NCBI RefSeq assembly: GCF_051055415.1
Contig: NZ_CP170335.1
From: Motilimonas cestriensis
Lineage (GTDB): Bacteria; Pseudomonadota; Gammaproteobacteria; Enterobacterales; CBDFNC01
Length of the DNA stretch: 32,000 nucleotides
Strand: one strand, 5' to 3'
A program made the position numbers and the translations under genes. Shown here in pieces: positions 1 to 8,578 of this stretch (positions within the stretch are counted from its first letter, which is position 1; the number at the start of each line of letters is the position of its first letter). Below the pieces are notes generated by a model. The model saw only the letters and a program-made list of their open reading frames with translations, did not search any database and was not told where the DNA came from.

Positions 1-684
1 AATCAGAAAAGCAAAGCTAACCCATTCTGTGCCATAGCCAGAAAAGGTGCCAAAAATCGGTTTCGCCATACTTTCTGAGGTGGTTAAACCGTGGCCTAAA
101 TCTGTTTTTAAAGTGTCTAGCGGAGTGGTCATGGTGGTACCATCTACGGCTATTTTGATTTGATGCAAACTGTAGCCATCAATAGAAAAGCCTGTCGTAA
201 TCATTGACCAAGCATCAGCTAAGGTCACGTTATTTTGCATTAAGGCTTCTGGTGGTGCCCAGCTGGTCATATGGACTGGAAATGAGATGAGCAGTAAAAC
301 ATAAGCGACCATCGCGGGATTAAATAGGTTTTGTCCTAGGCCGCCGTACAAATGTTTTGCCACTAAAATGGCAAAGACGATGCCAATGGCGGTCATCCAC
401 CAAGGCGTATAGGGCGGTAAGCTGATCCCTAGTAACACCCCTGTCAGTAAGGCACTGTTGTCGCGAATGGTTGGCAGCACAGGGCGCTGTCGTATGGCAA
501 CGATCACTGCTTCGGTTATAACGGCGAATAAGCCCGCAATGATAATTTGGATCAGGTTACCCCAACCAAATACATACCATTGTACAAAAATGCCCGGCAG
601 CAAACATAAGATCACTAAACGCATTAGATCTGGCGTTTTAAACATTTTGCGGCCAAAGGGCGATGAAGCTAATGCAAATTTCAT
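1..684 (-). CDS. rnfD: Rnf electron-transport complex subunit D (RnfD/RsxD), N-terminal part; the 3' end lies beyond the window edge
   Basis: The - strand frame is open from the window edge to ATG at 684-682, which forms an ATGA overlap with the rnfC stop (683-681). My translation starts MKFALASSPFGRKMFKTPDLMRLVILCLLPGIFVQWYVFGWGNLIQIIIAGLFAVITEA..., a polytopic membrane protein like RnfD. Its position after rnfA-B-C fits the rnfABCDGE order. It is absent from the ORF track because it has no stop in the window. Confidence 0.85.
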   Translation of the reverse strand, partial: MKFALASSPFGRKMFKTPDLMRLVILCLLPGIFVQWYVFGWGNLIQIIIAGLFAVITEAVIVAIRQRPVLPTIRDNSALLTGVLLGISLPPYTPWWMTAIGIVFAILVAKHLYGGLGQNLFNPAMVAYVLLLISFPVHMTSWAPPEALMQNNVTLADAWSMITTGFSIDGYSLHQIKIAVDGTTMTTPLDTLKTDLGHGLTTSESMAKPIFGTFSGYGTEWVSFAFLI

Positions 685-3299
685 GATTCAGTACTGTCCT
701 TTTGTTGAGCCTTTTTCGCTTTGGCGCGAGCAATGGCTGCAGCAACGGCTGGGTTTTTACTTGGCGCTGGTTTTTCTTGCGGCGCAGGCGCTTTGTTATC
801 ATCTTGCTCGGTAGCAGCGGACTGAGGCTGCAGCTCTTCTATTTCAGTTTGCTGCGCAGCCTTTTTAGCTTTAGCGCGAGCAATGGCAGCGGCAACGGCT
901 GGGTTTTTACTTGGCGCTGATTTTTCTTGCGGCGCAGGCGCTTTGTTATCTTCTTGCTCAGCTGCTGCGGACTGAGGCTGCAGCTCTTCTATTTCAGTTT
1001 GCTGCGCAGCCTTTTTAGCTTTAGCGCGAGCAATGGCAGCGGCAACGGCTGGGTTTTTACTTGGCGCTGGTTTTTCTTGCGGCGCAGGCGCTTTGTTATC
1101 TTCTTGCTCAGCTGTTGCTGACTGAGGCTGTGGCTCTTCTTTTTCAGCTTGCTGCGCAGCCTTTTTAGCTTTGGCGCGAGCAATGGCTGCAGCAACGGCT
1201 GGGTTTTTACTTGGCGCAGTTTTTTCTTGCGGCGCTGGCGTTTCGTTATCGTCTTGCTCAGCTGTTGCTGACTGAGGCTGCGGCTCTTCTTTTTCAGCTT
1301 GCTGCGCAGCCTTTTTAGCTTTGGCGCGAGCAATGGCTGCAGCAACGGCAGGGTTTTTACTTGGCGCAGCTTTTTCTTGCGGTGCTGGCGTTTCGTTATC
1401 GTCTTGCAGTGCCTCTTTTTTCGCTTTCGCGCGAGCAATGGCAGCGGCAACGGCTGGATTTTTACTTGGCGCAGACTTCTCTTCAGATGCTTGTGCCTCA
1501 TTTTCAGCTTGCTGCGTTTCTTTTTTCGCCTTAGCGCGCGCGATGGCGGCGGCTACAGCTGGATTCGTGGCTTTTGGTTTTGCTTCTGTTTGCTGCTCTT
1601 GAGCTGTTGTTGCGCTATCGTCAGCTTGTTCTTGTGCGGCTTTTGCCGCTTTTGCTAAACGAGCTTGCTCTTTACGGGCGGCGCGCGCTGCTGCTACATC
1701 AGTATCGGCGTTAGTGTTGGGCGCTTGACGTTTGGCTTTAGCGCGAGCAAGGGCTTGTGCCACAGCATCTTGCGCTTTATCTTTAGCTGGCGCGGTTGCC
1801 GTTTCAGACTCTGACTTCGCCGCCGCATTTAATTGCGCTTTACGTTTCGCAGCGGCTTCTTTGTGTTTCGCTTCGCGTGCCGCTTTTTCACGATCGAGTC
1901 GCTCTTGTCTTGCTTCATGACGGATCCGAGCTATTTCAGCTTTTTTCTTCTCCGTTTCTTGTTTGCGAATATCGGCTTTAGCAATGCGATAGTATTGAAC
2001 TAAGGGAATTTCACTGGGGCATACGTACGCACAACTGCCACATTCAATACAGTCAAACAGGTTGTAGTCATTGAGTTTTTCGTGGTCGTTATCCTTGGCA
2101 TACCAGTAAAGCTGTTGTGGTAATAGTGAAACAGGACAAGCATCGGCGCATTCACCGCAGCGAATGCAAGCCATTTCTTGGCCCGGAGGTGGTAACTCTT
2201 TTACAGTTGGCGCTAATAAACAGTTAGTGGTCTTAATCACTGGAGCCATTGCATCTGGCAGGGTAAATCCCATCATTGGACCGCCAATGATCAAACGAGT
2301 TTGGCCATTAGGCTGTGGTTCAAGCTCAAATTGTTGCAGTAAAGACTGGATCGGGGTGCCCAATAGCACCTGAGCATTACCTTTTTCTTTGAAAGCTTCA
2401 CCCGTGATGGTAACGATACGAGAGATCAGTGGCTCATCGTCTATTACAGCACGTTTGATTGCAAATGCGGTGCCGACGTTGTGCATTAAAATACCCATAT
2501 CGATAGGGTATCCACTGCTAGGTACTTGTTTGCCAGTGAGCAGCTCGATGAGTTGCTTCTCGCCACCACTGGGGTATTTTGTCGGTACACTGGTCACGCG
2601 GCGGGTGTCGGTATCAAATGCTGATAATGCGGCAATTGCTTCGGGTTTATTACTTTCAATTGCAATAACTGTTTGTTTACATTGCGTAACAAACTCTAAG
2701 ATTTCAATGCCTTTGATAAGTTCATCGGCATACTCGCGCATTAGCATATCATCAGAGGTAATATAAGGTTCACACTCGATACCATTGATGATTAATAGCT
2801 CAATATCGGCTTTAACAGACAATTTTATGTGCGCTGGGAAACCGGCACCGCCTTTACCAGCAATGCCAGCAAGGTGGATTTTGTCGATGATGGCATGGCG
2901 GTCTAATACTGTGAAGTCAGGTGTAGGGATGCGCTCTCGCCACGCATCTTTACCATCTGTTGTTATCACGATACTTAGTTCAGCTAAGCCCGAAGCATGA
3001 CAGCTAGGGCGAGGCTCAATGGCTTTTACTGTGCCTGAACTACTTGCATGTACGGGGAGCGCTCTAAAGTTATTATGGTTGGTTAAGGCTTGGCCTTTAA
3101 GAACCTTATCGCCAACATTCACCAATAAGTCAGCCACTTCACCAATGTGTTGATTAAGGGGGATAATAAGCTCATTGGGTATTTGGGCGGGTGCAATGGG
3201 CTGTTGATTCGAAAGAGATTTACGCTCCGCAGGAAAAATACCGCCAGCATATTGCCAGAGTTTGCCTCTTTTAATTTGGGCCAATATAGACTGAATCAA
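681..3299 (-). CDS. rnfC: Rnf complex subunit C (RnfC/RsxC) with a long repetitive C-terminal extension
   Basis: 872-aa ORF with a TTG start 1 nt after the rnfB stop. The N-terminal ~450 aa are RnfC-like (MIQSILAQIKRGKLWQYAGGIFP..., GKGGAGFP, and two 4Fe-4S motifs CIRCGECADACP and CIECGSCAYVCP). The C-terminal ~420 aa are Ala/Lys/Glu/Gln-rich and include tandem repeats. Confidence 0.93.
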   Translation of the reverse strand: MIQSILAQIKRGKLWQYAGGIFPAERKSLSNQQPIAPAQIPNELIIPLNQHIGEVADLLVNVGDKVLKGQALTNHNNFRALPVHASSSGTVKAIEPRPSCHASGLAELSIVITTDGKDAWRERIPTPDFTVLDRHAIIDKIHLAGIAGKGGAGFPAHIKLSVKADIELLIINGIECEPYITSDDMLMREYADELIKGIEILEFVTQCKQTVIAIESNKPEAIAALSAFDTDTRRVTSVPTKYPSGGEKQLIELLTGKQVPSSGYPIDMGILMHNVGTAFAIKRAVIDDEPLISRIVTITGEAFKEKGNAQVLLGTPIQSLLQQFELEPQPNGQTRLIIGGPMMGFTLPDAMAPVIKTTNCLLAPTVKELPPPGQEMACIRCGECADACPVSLLPQQLYWYAKDNDHEKLNDYNLFDCIECGSCAYVCPSEIPLVQYYRIAKADIRKQETEKKKAEIARIRHEARQERLDREKAAREAKHKEAAAKRKAQLNAAAKSESETATAPAKDKAQDAVAQALARAKAKRQAPNTNADTDVAAARAARKEQARLAKAAKAAQEQADDSATTAQEQQTEAKPKATNPAVAAAIARAKAKKETQQAENEAQASEEKSAPSKNPAVAAAIARAKAKKEALQDDNETPAPQEKAAPSKNPAVAAAIARAKAKKAAQQAEKEEPQPQSATAEQDDNETPAPQEKTAPSKNPAVAAAIARAKAKKAAQQAEKEEPQPQSATAEQEDNKAPAPQEKPAPSKNPAVAAAIARAKAKKAAQQTEIEELQPQSAAAEQEDNKAPAPQEKSAPSKNPAVAAAIARAKAKKAAQQTEIEELQPQSAATEQDDNKAPAPQEKPAPSKNPAVAAAIARAKAKKAQQKDSTES
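711..1565 (-). repeat. In-frame tandem repeat array inside rnfC: seven copies of the core NPAVAAAIARAKAKK
   Basis: The DNA motif gcgcgagcaatgg (or a close variant) recurs at 724, 874, 1024, 1174, 1324, 1429 and 1534. The periods are therefore 150,150,150,150,105,105 bp, i.e. 50-aa and 35-aa units. Units 841-990 and 991-1140 differ at about 5 of 150 positions in my manual alignment. Confidence 0.95.
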
Positions 3300-3300
3300 A

Positions 3301-3846
3301 CTACTGAACCTCTTTGATTGAAATAGAGTTAAGATCCCATTGCCAAGTTTTAGTTGTTTCGCCTACTGGGATCATTTCAATACAATCTGTAGGGCATGGG
3401 GCGACGCAAAGCTCACAACCCGTGCATTCATCGGTGATCACCGTGTGCATTTGACGCGTTGCGCCCAAAATGGCATCAACCGGACAAGCCTGGATACATT
3501 TAGTACACCCAATACATTCGTCTTCGTGGACAAATGCGACGGCTTTTGGCTTTTCTTCGCCTTCTAACTTGGTGGGCTCAACGCCCATTAAATCAGCCAA
3601 TTTTAAAATTACAGCTTCGCCGCCTGGCGGACACTTATTAATCTCATCGCCGTTAGCTATTGCATTGGCATAAGGTTTACAACCGGGGTAGCCACACTGA
3701 CCACACTGGGTTTGCGGCAAAATCGCGTCAATTTGCTCCACAATCGGATCTGACTTAACTTTAAAACGTATCGCGGCGTAGCCTAAGATCAAACCAGATA
3801 CTAGCGCTAATAGCCCTAGGCTGATGATTGCAACTCCAATACCCAT
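3301..3846 (-). CDS. rnfB: Rnf complex subunit B (RnfB/RsxB), Fe-S protein
   Basis: 181 aa. It has an N-terminal TM helix, the CGQCGYPGC cluster motif and two ferredoxin motifs ([24 protein letters not shown]). I translated the whole frame by hand and it matches the ORF track. Confidence 0.93.
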   Translation of the reverse strand: MGIGVAIISLGLLALVSGLILGYAAIRFKVKSDPIVEQIDAILPQTQCGQCGYPGCKPYANAIANGDEINKCPPGGEAVILKLADLMGVEPTKLEGEEKPKAVAFVHEDECIGCTKCIQACPVDAILGATRQMHTVITDECTGCELCVAPCPTDCIEMIPVGETTKTWQWDLNSISIKEVQ

Positions 3847-3863
3847 CTGTTCGTACTGCTCCG

Positions 3864-4454
3864 TTAAAACTTAACTAGGCCGGTAAAGCCCATAAAGCCC
3901 AATGACATTAGGCCGGCGGTGATCATTGCAATAGATGCGCCTTTGAATGGTAATGGCACATCAGCGGCAGCCAAACGCTCACGCATGGCAGAAAATAAAA
4001 TGAGAACCAATGAGAAACCCACCGCGGCGCCAAAACCATAAATGAGTGATTCAACAAAGTTATGCCCTTCATTGACGTTTAATAGCGCTAACCCTAATAC
4101 CGCACAGTTAGTGGTGATCAATGGTAAGAAGATACCCAATAATCGATACAAGCTTGGGCTGGTTTTATGCACCACCATCTCGGTAAATTGAACCACCACA
4201 GCGATTACCAAAATAAAGCTCAGTGTGCGCAGGTAAATCATGTCTAAAGGCAGTAGCAGGTATTGATTGACTAAATAAGAGACGGCTGCGGTTAAGGTCA
4301 GTACAAAAGTCGTCGCAAACGACATGCCAACAGCTGTGCTGATCTTACTTGATACTCCCATGAATGGGCATAAGCCGAGAAATTTTACCAGTACAAAGTT
4401 ATTGACTAATACCGTACCGATTAATAGCAGAAGATATTCGCTCATTTTGGTCAT
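3864..4454 (-). CDS. rnfA: Rnf complex subunit A (RnfA/RsxA), integral membrane protein
   Basis: The protein is polytopic. The stretch ...[30 protein letters not shown] is nearly identical to the N-terminus of E. coli RsxA. An alternative ATG at 4445 (MSEYLL...) is equally plausible. Confidence 0.92.
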   Translation of the reverse strand: MTKMSEYLLLLIGTVLVNNFVLVKFLGLCPFMGVSSKISTAVGMSFATTFVLTLTAAVSYLVNQYLLLPLDMIYLRTLSFILVIAVVVQFTEMVVHKTSPSLYRLLGIFLPLITTNCAVLGLALLNVNEGHNFVESLIYGFGAAVGFSLVLILFSAMRERLAAADVPLPFKGASIAMITAGLMSLGFMGFTGLVKF

Positions 4455-4556
4455 TCACTTGATTGCCGAATGGCTATATTAACAAGTTTTACGCGATGAA
4501 ATAAGCTAAATCATGGCTAATTTAGTGCAACTGCTGAAGGGTTAATCGCTTTTGGC

Positions 4557-4581
4557 AAAAGGCCTTACAGTGAGTAAGGCC
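4557..4581 (-). terminator. Intrinsic terminator downstream of the GGDEF-EAL gene
   Basis: An 8-bp perfect stem GGCCTTAC (4561-4568) / GTAAGGCC (4574-4581) with a 5-nt loop. On the - strand it is followed by TTTT (4560-4557). Confidence 0.6.
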
Positions 4582-4614
4582 TAAAATAGCGGGGTTATTA
4601 AGCCGCGAGTGAAA

Positions 4615-6474
4615 TTATTTAACTTTTGATAGAGGAGTGGGGCGAGAAATTAAAAAGCCTTGTAGACCGTCAACGTACATATTTTCAAGTAATTGTTTCT
4701 GCTCTAGGTGTTCAACCCCTTCCGCAATCACCTGACAGCCCATACGGTGGGCCACATCGACAATCATACGTAAAAATTGTTGGTTGGCACTGTCGCGTTC
4801 AATATTACTGATCAGTCCCGCATCCACTTTTACAAAATCTGGTTTTAGCTCTTTAAACAAGCGAAATGAACCAATACCTTTACCAAATTTACTAATGGCA
4901 CTGCGACTGCCAGTGCGCTTTAACATATCAAACACACGTTTACTGGCAACTAAGTTACGATCTAACACTTCTTCATCAAATTCAAAAATCATCGATGCTG
5001 CAATGTTTGGTTCACGTAGTAATAAACGCTCAAGCCAGACAATAAAAGCACTGTTTTGTAATGAAGTGGCGGAAATATTAACCCCCCAACGGGCTGAGCC
5101 ATCGGTTTTATGGCGGCATTGGCTAACCATGGTTTCGAGAATAACTTGTTCTAGTTTTACAATTAGGTCCATACGCTGGGCCATAGCAAACACAGTTTCC
5201 GTTGGGATCATCGCGTTGTTTTGACCAACGAAGCGCGTAAATATTTCTTGGTACCCTTTCATGTTGCGATGAATGGCTTGGATAGGTTGATGCAGCAACA
5301 TGACTGCGCGGGTTTCAATGATTTCTTCAATCACCTTCTTCCAGTGCAGTTGACCTAAATTGGTTTCATTAGAGTCATTCTGCTCAAATGCCCAAGCATT
5401 AACGCCTTCGGTTTGTGATTTTGCTAAGGCAATATCGGCACGAGCCAATACTTGCTCAGGTAATTGGCCTGAAGAAATAGCGGACAAACCTGTGTAAGCC
5501 ACACTTTCTAAGTTATGCAGTGCTTGGTATTCATCAAAATGATGTTTTAATGTTTTAGCTAGTTTTTGCGCCGCGCTAATGGTCATGTTGGGGGCGAGTA
5601 GGGCAAAATCTGAGCCTGAAATACGGTAACACTGGCATTCAGGAAAGCGTTTAATTAATTGCACTAGCATGCGGCCGATATCTGACAGGTAAATATCACC
5701 TTGTTGATAGCCACGCTGTTGGTTGATGTTGTTTAATTCCGATGCGCGAACAAGGGCAAGGATAGCGGCGTTGCTGTCACCTTCAGAGCTTAATATTTGC
5801 GTTAGTTCTTTACGAAAGGCGTGGCGGTTATTTAGACCTGTCAAATTATCCATGTTAACTTGCTTAGCAAGTAACTGAATTTTTTGTTGCTGCTCTTGCA
5901 TCACTTGATGAAAGCGTTGTCTTTGTTCCAATAACTGTTCTGTTACTTGAGAAAAAGTGCTGAGTTGTGCGTCTTCTGAGCTGACTTCCTGCACTAAGCT
6001 TTTTTCTAAGTTCTTAATTAAACGGAAGTACGCCCAGTTTACCAATACCGCGGTTGCTATGAATAAAACTAATAATTGATAGAAAAGCGTGGTGGCTATG
6101 CTGGCTGTTGCTTGAAAGCTATTGATGTAATTAATACTTAATGTAGCGGTCTGAATATCGACTTTTTCGGTAGCGCTTGGAAATAGAAGTTTAAAGAGTA
6201 GTGAAACGCCTTCCGATGTATTGGCCATAAAAGAGAAGTCACCTGATTTATCGGTGATTTGTAAATGGCTTAGATGATGCTTAGCGGCAAGTTGGTCTGC
6301 AGTGTTTTGAGTTGCCCCTTTTATCTCAATCGTTTGAGTAATATCACTGGTGACATCTTCATTAACAACTGTAATTAGTGGTGTGAAATGAAGCTTAATT
6401 GCCAATAATACTGCTATCGCAGCAACCAAAATAATGGCATTGGTAATAATAAGGCTATGTTTGTACTCTTTCAT
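4615..6474 (-). CDS. Membrane-anchored signalling protein with degenerate GGDEF and EAL domains (CsrD/MshH-like architecture)
   Basis: 619 aa. The order is N-terminal TM helix, ~120-aa loop, second TM (LFYQLLVLFIATAVLVNWAYF), a coiled-coil-like QQ-rich linker, the GGDEF domain (LTGLNNRHAF...) and the EAL domain. The GGDEF signature is SGSDF and the usual DxD metal site reads RAS. The EAL motif is EIF and the DDFG(T/A)GYSS motif reads SKFGKGIGSF. KVD, EGVE and QGF are retained. Confidence 0.8.
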   Translation of the reverse strand: MKEYKHSLIITNAIILVAAIAVLLAIKLHFTPLITVVNEDVTSDITQTIEIKGATQNTADQLAAKHHLSHLQITDKSGDFSFMANTSEGVSLLFKLLFPSATEKVDIQTATLSINYINSFQATASIATTLFYQLLVLFIATAVLVNWAYFRLIKNLEKSLVQEVSSEDAQLSTFSQVTEQLLEQRQRFHQVMQEQQQKIQLLAKQVNMDNLTGLNNRHAFRKELTQILSSEGDSNAAILALVRASELNNINQQRGYQQGDIYLSDIGRMLVQLIKRFPECQCYRISGSDFALLAPNMTISAAQKLAKTLKHHFDEYQALHNLESVAYTGLSAISSGQLPEQVLARADIALAKSQTEGVNAWAFEQNDSNETNLGQLHWKKVIEEIIETRAVMLLHQPIQAIHRNMKGYQEIFTRFVGQNNAMIPTETVFAMAQRMDLIVKLEQVILETMVSQCRHKTDGSARWGVNISATSLQNSAFIVWLERLLLREPNIAASMIFEFDEEVLDRNLVASKRVFDMLKRTGSRSAISKFGKGIGSFRLFKELKPDFVKVDAGLISNIERDSANQQFLRMIVDVAHRMGCQVIAEGVEHLEQKQLLENMYVDGLQGFLISRPTPLSKVK

Positions 6475-6642
6475 ATCGCATCCAAGCTAAGTTAAGGCTG
6501 ATTCAATTATAGGCCTAGTTATGTTAATGGAGTCTAACATGGTATGTTCAACTACAAAAATAGCATATCTAAATATTGAGACATAAATATAATTGCGTCA
6601 GACATTTATTAAAACTTGAGAGAGGTGTGAAAGAAAAGAATG

Positions 6643-6718
6643 TGGCTCCTCCTGCTGGGATTGAACCAGCGACCTGCGGATTAACAGTCCGTCGCTCTAC
6701 CAGCTGAGCTAAGGAGGA
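6643..6718 (-). tRNA. tRNA-Asn (anticodon GUU), copy 1 of 3
   Basis: The reverse complement is TCCTCCTTAGCTCAGCTGGTAGAGCGACGGACTGTTAATCCGCAGGTCGCTGGTTCAATCCCAGCAGGAGGAGCCA, 76 nt. It has a 7-bp acceptor stem (TCCTCCT/AGGAGGA), anticodon loop CTGTTAA, T-loop GGTTCAATCC and an encoded CCA. It resembles E. coli tRNA-Asn. Confidence 0.95.
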
Positions 6719-6796
6719 ACAATTTTTACTTTGTAATCTTATTGACTACTAAGTGCACTGCACTTGAGGTTCAAGCGTCTTGCCTCAACCAGAATT

Positions 6797-6872
6797 TGGC
6801 TCCTCCTGCTGGGATTGAACCAGCGACCTGCGGATTAACAGTCCGTCGCTCTACCAGCTGAGCTAAGGAGGA
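6797..6872 (-). tRNA. tRNA-Asn (GUU), copy 2 of 3
   Basis: The 76-nt sequence is identical to copy 1. A 78-nt spacer separates it from copy 1. Confidence 0.95.
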
Positions 6873-6899
6873 ATGATTCTTTAATATTTGTTTGTTGTG

Positions 6900-6975
6900 T
6901 GGCTCCTCCTGCTGGGATTGAACCAGCGACCTGCGGATTAACAGTCCGTCGCTCTACCAGCTGAGCTAAGGAGGA
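6900..6975 (-). tRNA. tRNA-Asn (GUU), copy 3 of 3 (first transcribed)
   Basis: The 76-nt sequence is identical to copy 1. A 27-nt spacer separates it from copy 2. Confidence 0.95.
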
Positions 6976-7011
6976 ATCATTTACACAATGTGTCTCACAA
7001 CAACGGGGCGC

Positions 7012-7040
7012 ATATTAAAACTCGGGCGTAGGGCTGTCAA
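7012..7040 (-). promoter_or_regulatory. Sigma70 promoter of the tRNA-Asn cluster with a GC-rich discriminator
   Basis: On the - strand: TTGACA (7040-7035), a 17-nt spacer, TAATAT (7017-7012), then GCGCCCC. A consensus -35, a near-consensus -10 and a GC-rich discriminator are typical of stringently controlled stable-RNA promoters. It sits ~40 nt upstream of tRNA copy 3. Confidence 0.7.
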
Positions 7041-7223
7041 CACTTGAACAGATAAAAAGTGTCATTTAGCGACTGGCTGCTGAAATACTAGCCATTAGCG
7101 TATAAAACATGTTCGATAGCGCAACTGAAACTAAGAAATTAGTTACTAAAGGTTCAAAAAAAGCAGCCGATATGACATTTAATTCATATTTTGTGATGTC
7201 AACATGACTTATGCGAGGATGAG

Positions 7224-7964
7224 ATGAAATTTGGCCTATTCCCAAATAATTTAATGGCAACAATATTAAGCAATACTAATCATAACAAAGTACAAGAAAG
7301 CTCTACGCCCCTAAGCCAAGATACGCTGCCTACTTTGAGTGCCGATACCTATCATAAGGGAAAGGATCAAGAGCCTGATCCTGTATACAGTCGTCCGATG
7401 GTGATCACTGAATCTAAATATACTACTGCTGAAATAGAAGAGCGTCAGAGGATGAGGGTCATCGCAATAGGCCAGCTCTATCTCGGAGGTGACATGTTTC
7501 ATGCAGCAGACCAAATGACTGACTATTATGATGAATTTATGTCAAAAATCGAAGCGGAAAACCCAAAACTAGCTGACAAAAAATGGGGGTTCTCGGTTAA
7601 TACCGAAGGAGCAATTGAGGTGACAGGAAAACTCGCTGACACTGAAAAAAGCTATTTAGAAAACATATTGAATGAAGACACCAGCTTTGTTTGGTTAGCG
7701 CAGGGCATAAAAGAGAATTTTTTAAAGTACACCGAAATGGAGCGGGGCGGGCCTGATGGTACCAGTCAATATTGGGGGAAATATGATGTTAATAAGGACA
7801 ACTTCGGTGACATGATTGATATGCGTGAATTGATTGAAGTCTCCAGAGAAACCAACGAGACAACAAGTCTATTTGGTCATAACCTAAATGTATTTCGTTT
7901 TGTCGGTAACTTAGGTAGCCAACTTGGAATCAATGCTGAAGTGAAATATGAGTCTGAAAAATAA
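7224..7964 (+). CDS. Hypothetical protein with no recognisable family
   Basis: 246-aa ORF with GAGGA 4-5 nt upstream of the ATG. I see no signal peptide, TM segment or catalytic motif. It looks more AT-rich than its neighbours and is followed by 1.8 kb of non-coding DNA. Confidence 0.5.
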   Translation: MKFGLFPNNLMATILSNTNHNKVQESSTPLSQDTLPTLSADTYHKGKDQEPDPVYSRPMVITESKYTTAEIEERQRMRVIAIGQLYLGGDMFHAADQMTDYYDEFMSKIEAENPKLADKKWGFSVNTEGAIEVTGKLADTEKSYLENILNEDTSFVWLAQGIKENFLKYTEMERGGPDGTSQYWGKYDVNKDNFGDMIDMRELIEVSRETNETTSLFGHNLNVFRFVGNLGSQLGINAEVKYESEK

Positions 7965-8578
7965 CTTGCTTAGGCTCTGGGAGCTGCTGTTGGCTGAGTT
8001 ACCTCTTTTTATGTTTTGATTAAATGTACTCGCTCAGTCTTCCTAGCAGATGACTACTTTGTATTGTACATGCGCTTAATGCTCTTTCCGTATTTAAAAT
8101 CTTCTTAGGTCCAATAGCACCGCGCCAACAAGTAAGGCAAAAATAGCCTAACCTAGCCATTGTGCCTTCAAGGCTCAGTAATTTGTCGATTGGATGGTAA
8201 GTATCAAAGCTGCAACGGGTATTAAAATCATAACAAAGCGAGCCTTACCGTAATCAACTTCAGCTTAGCCATATTAAAAGCAGTTATGTGAATGACCAAG
8301 ATGACCCTAGCGGTGAAACTTGATAACAAAATCGATCTCATTATCTTTGCTGCAGCGCGTCAGACGGCTACAGCTTTGCGCGTCCCACCAATTCGGTGAA
8401 TCTGATTTGATGTAAGCAGCGCGTTACGCACTTAACCAAAACCTGTTATGCCGAAAAGGTGGTCTTCCTTAGCCATATCCCTGCAAACTATGGGTTGTTA
8501 GTCGCTGTGTTTGCCTAGATGGAGGGTGTAACAATAGGCTTGGTAAAAAACACAGGAAACCCTTTGATAATTCATATT

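Noticed and set aside
700-1600. Regular repeats that could superficially look like a CRISPR array or an intergenic VNTR.
   Set aside because: The units are 150 or 105 bp and contiguous, with no unique spacers. They stay in frame within rnfC and encode a coherent peptide repeat.
458-1981. A stack of + and - strand ORFs (458..814, 702..920, 927..1121, 989..1501, 1299..1658, 1321..1602, 1732..1920, 1796..1981) overlapping rnfD/rnfC.
   Set aside because: They are alternative-frame or antisense readings of the rnfC repeat and low-complexity region. Their repetitive Leu/Arg/Ser/Phe-rich products simply mirror the repeat, and the rnfC frame is the one with recognisable domains.
7066-7263. A 65-aa - strand ORF overlapping the tRNA promoter region and the start of the 7224 ORF.
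   Set aside because: It has no RBS and an odd composition. It overlaps better-supported features on both sides.
8500-8577. A 25-aa - strand ORF (MNYQRVSCVFYQAYCYTLHLGKHSD) next to the LexA box, considered as an SOS-induced type I toxin (TisB/DinQ-like).
   Set aside because: It has no RBS, and I could not build a convincing - strand promoter. The peptide is not a hydrophobic helix like known SOS toxins.
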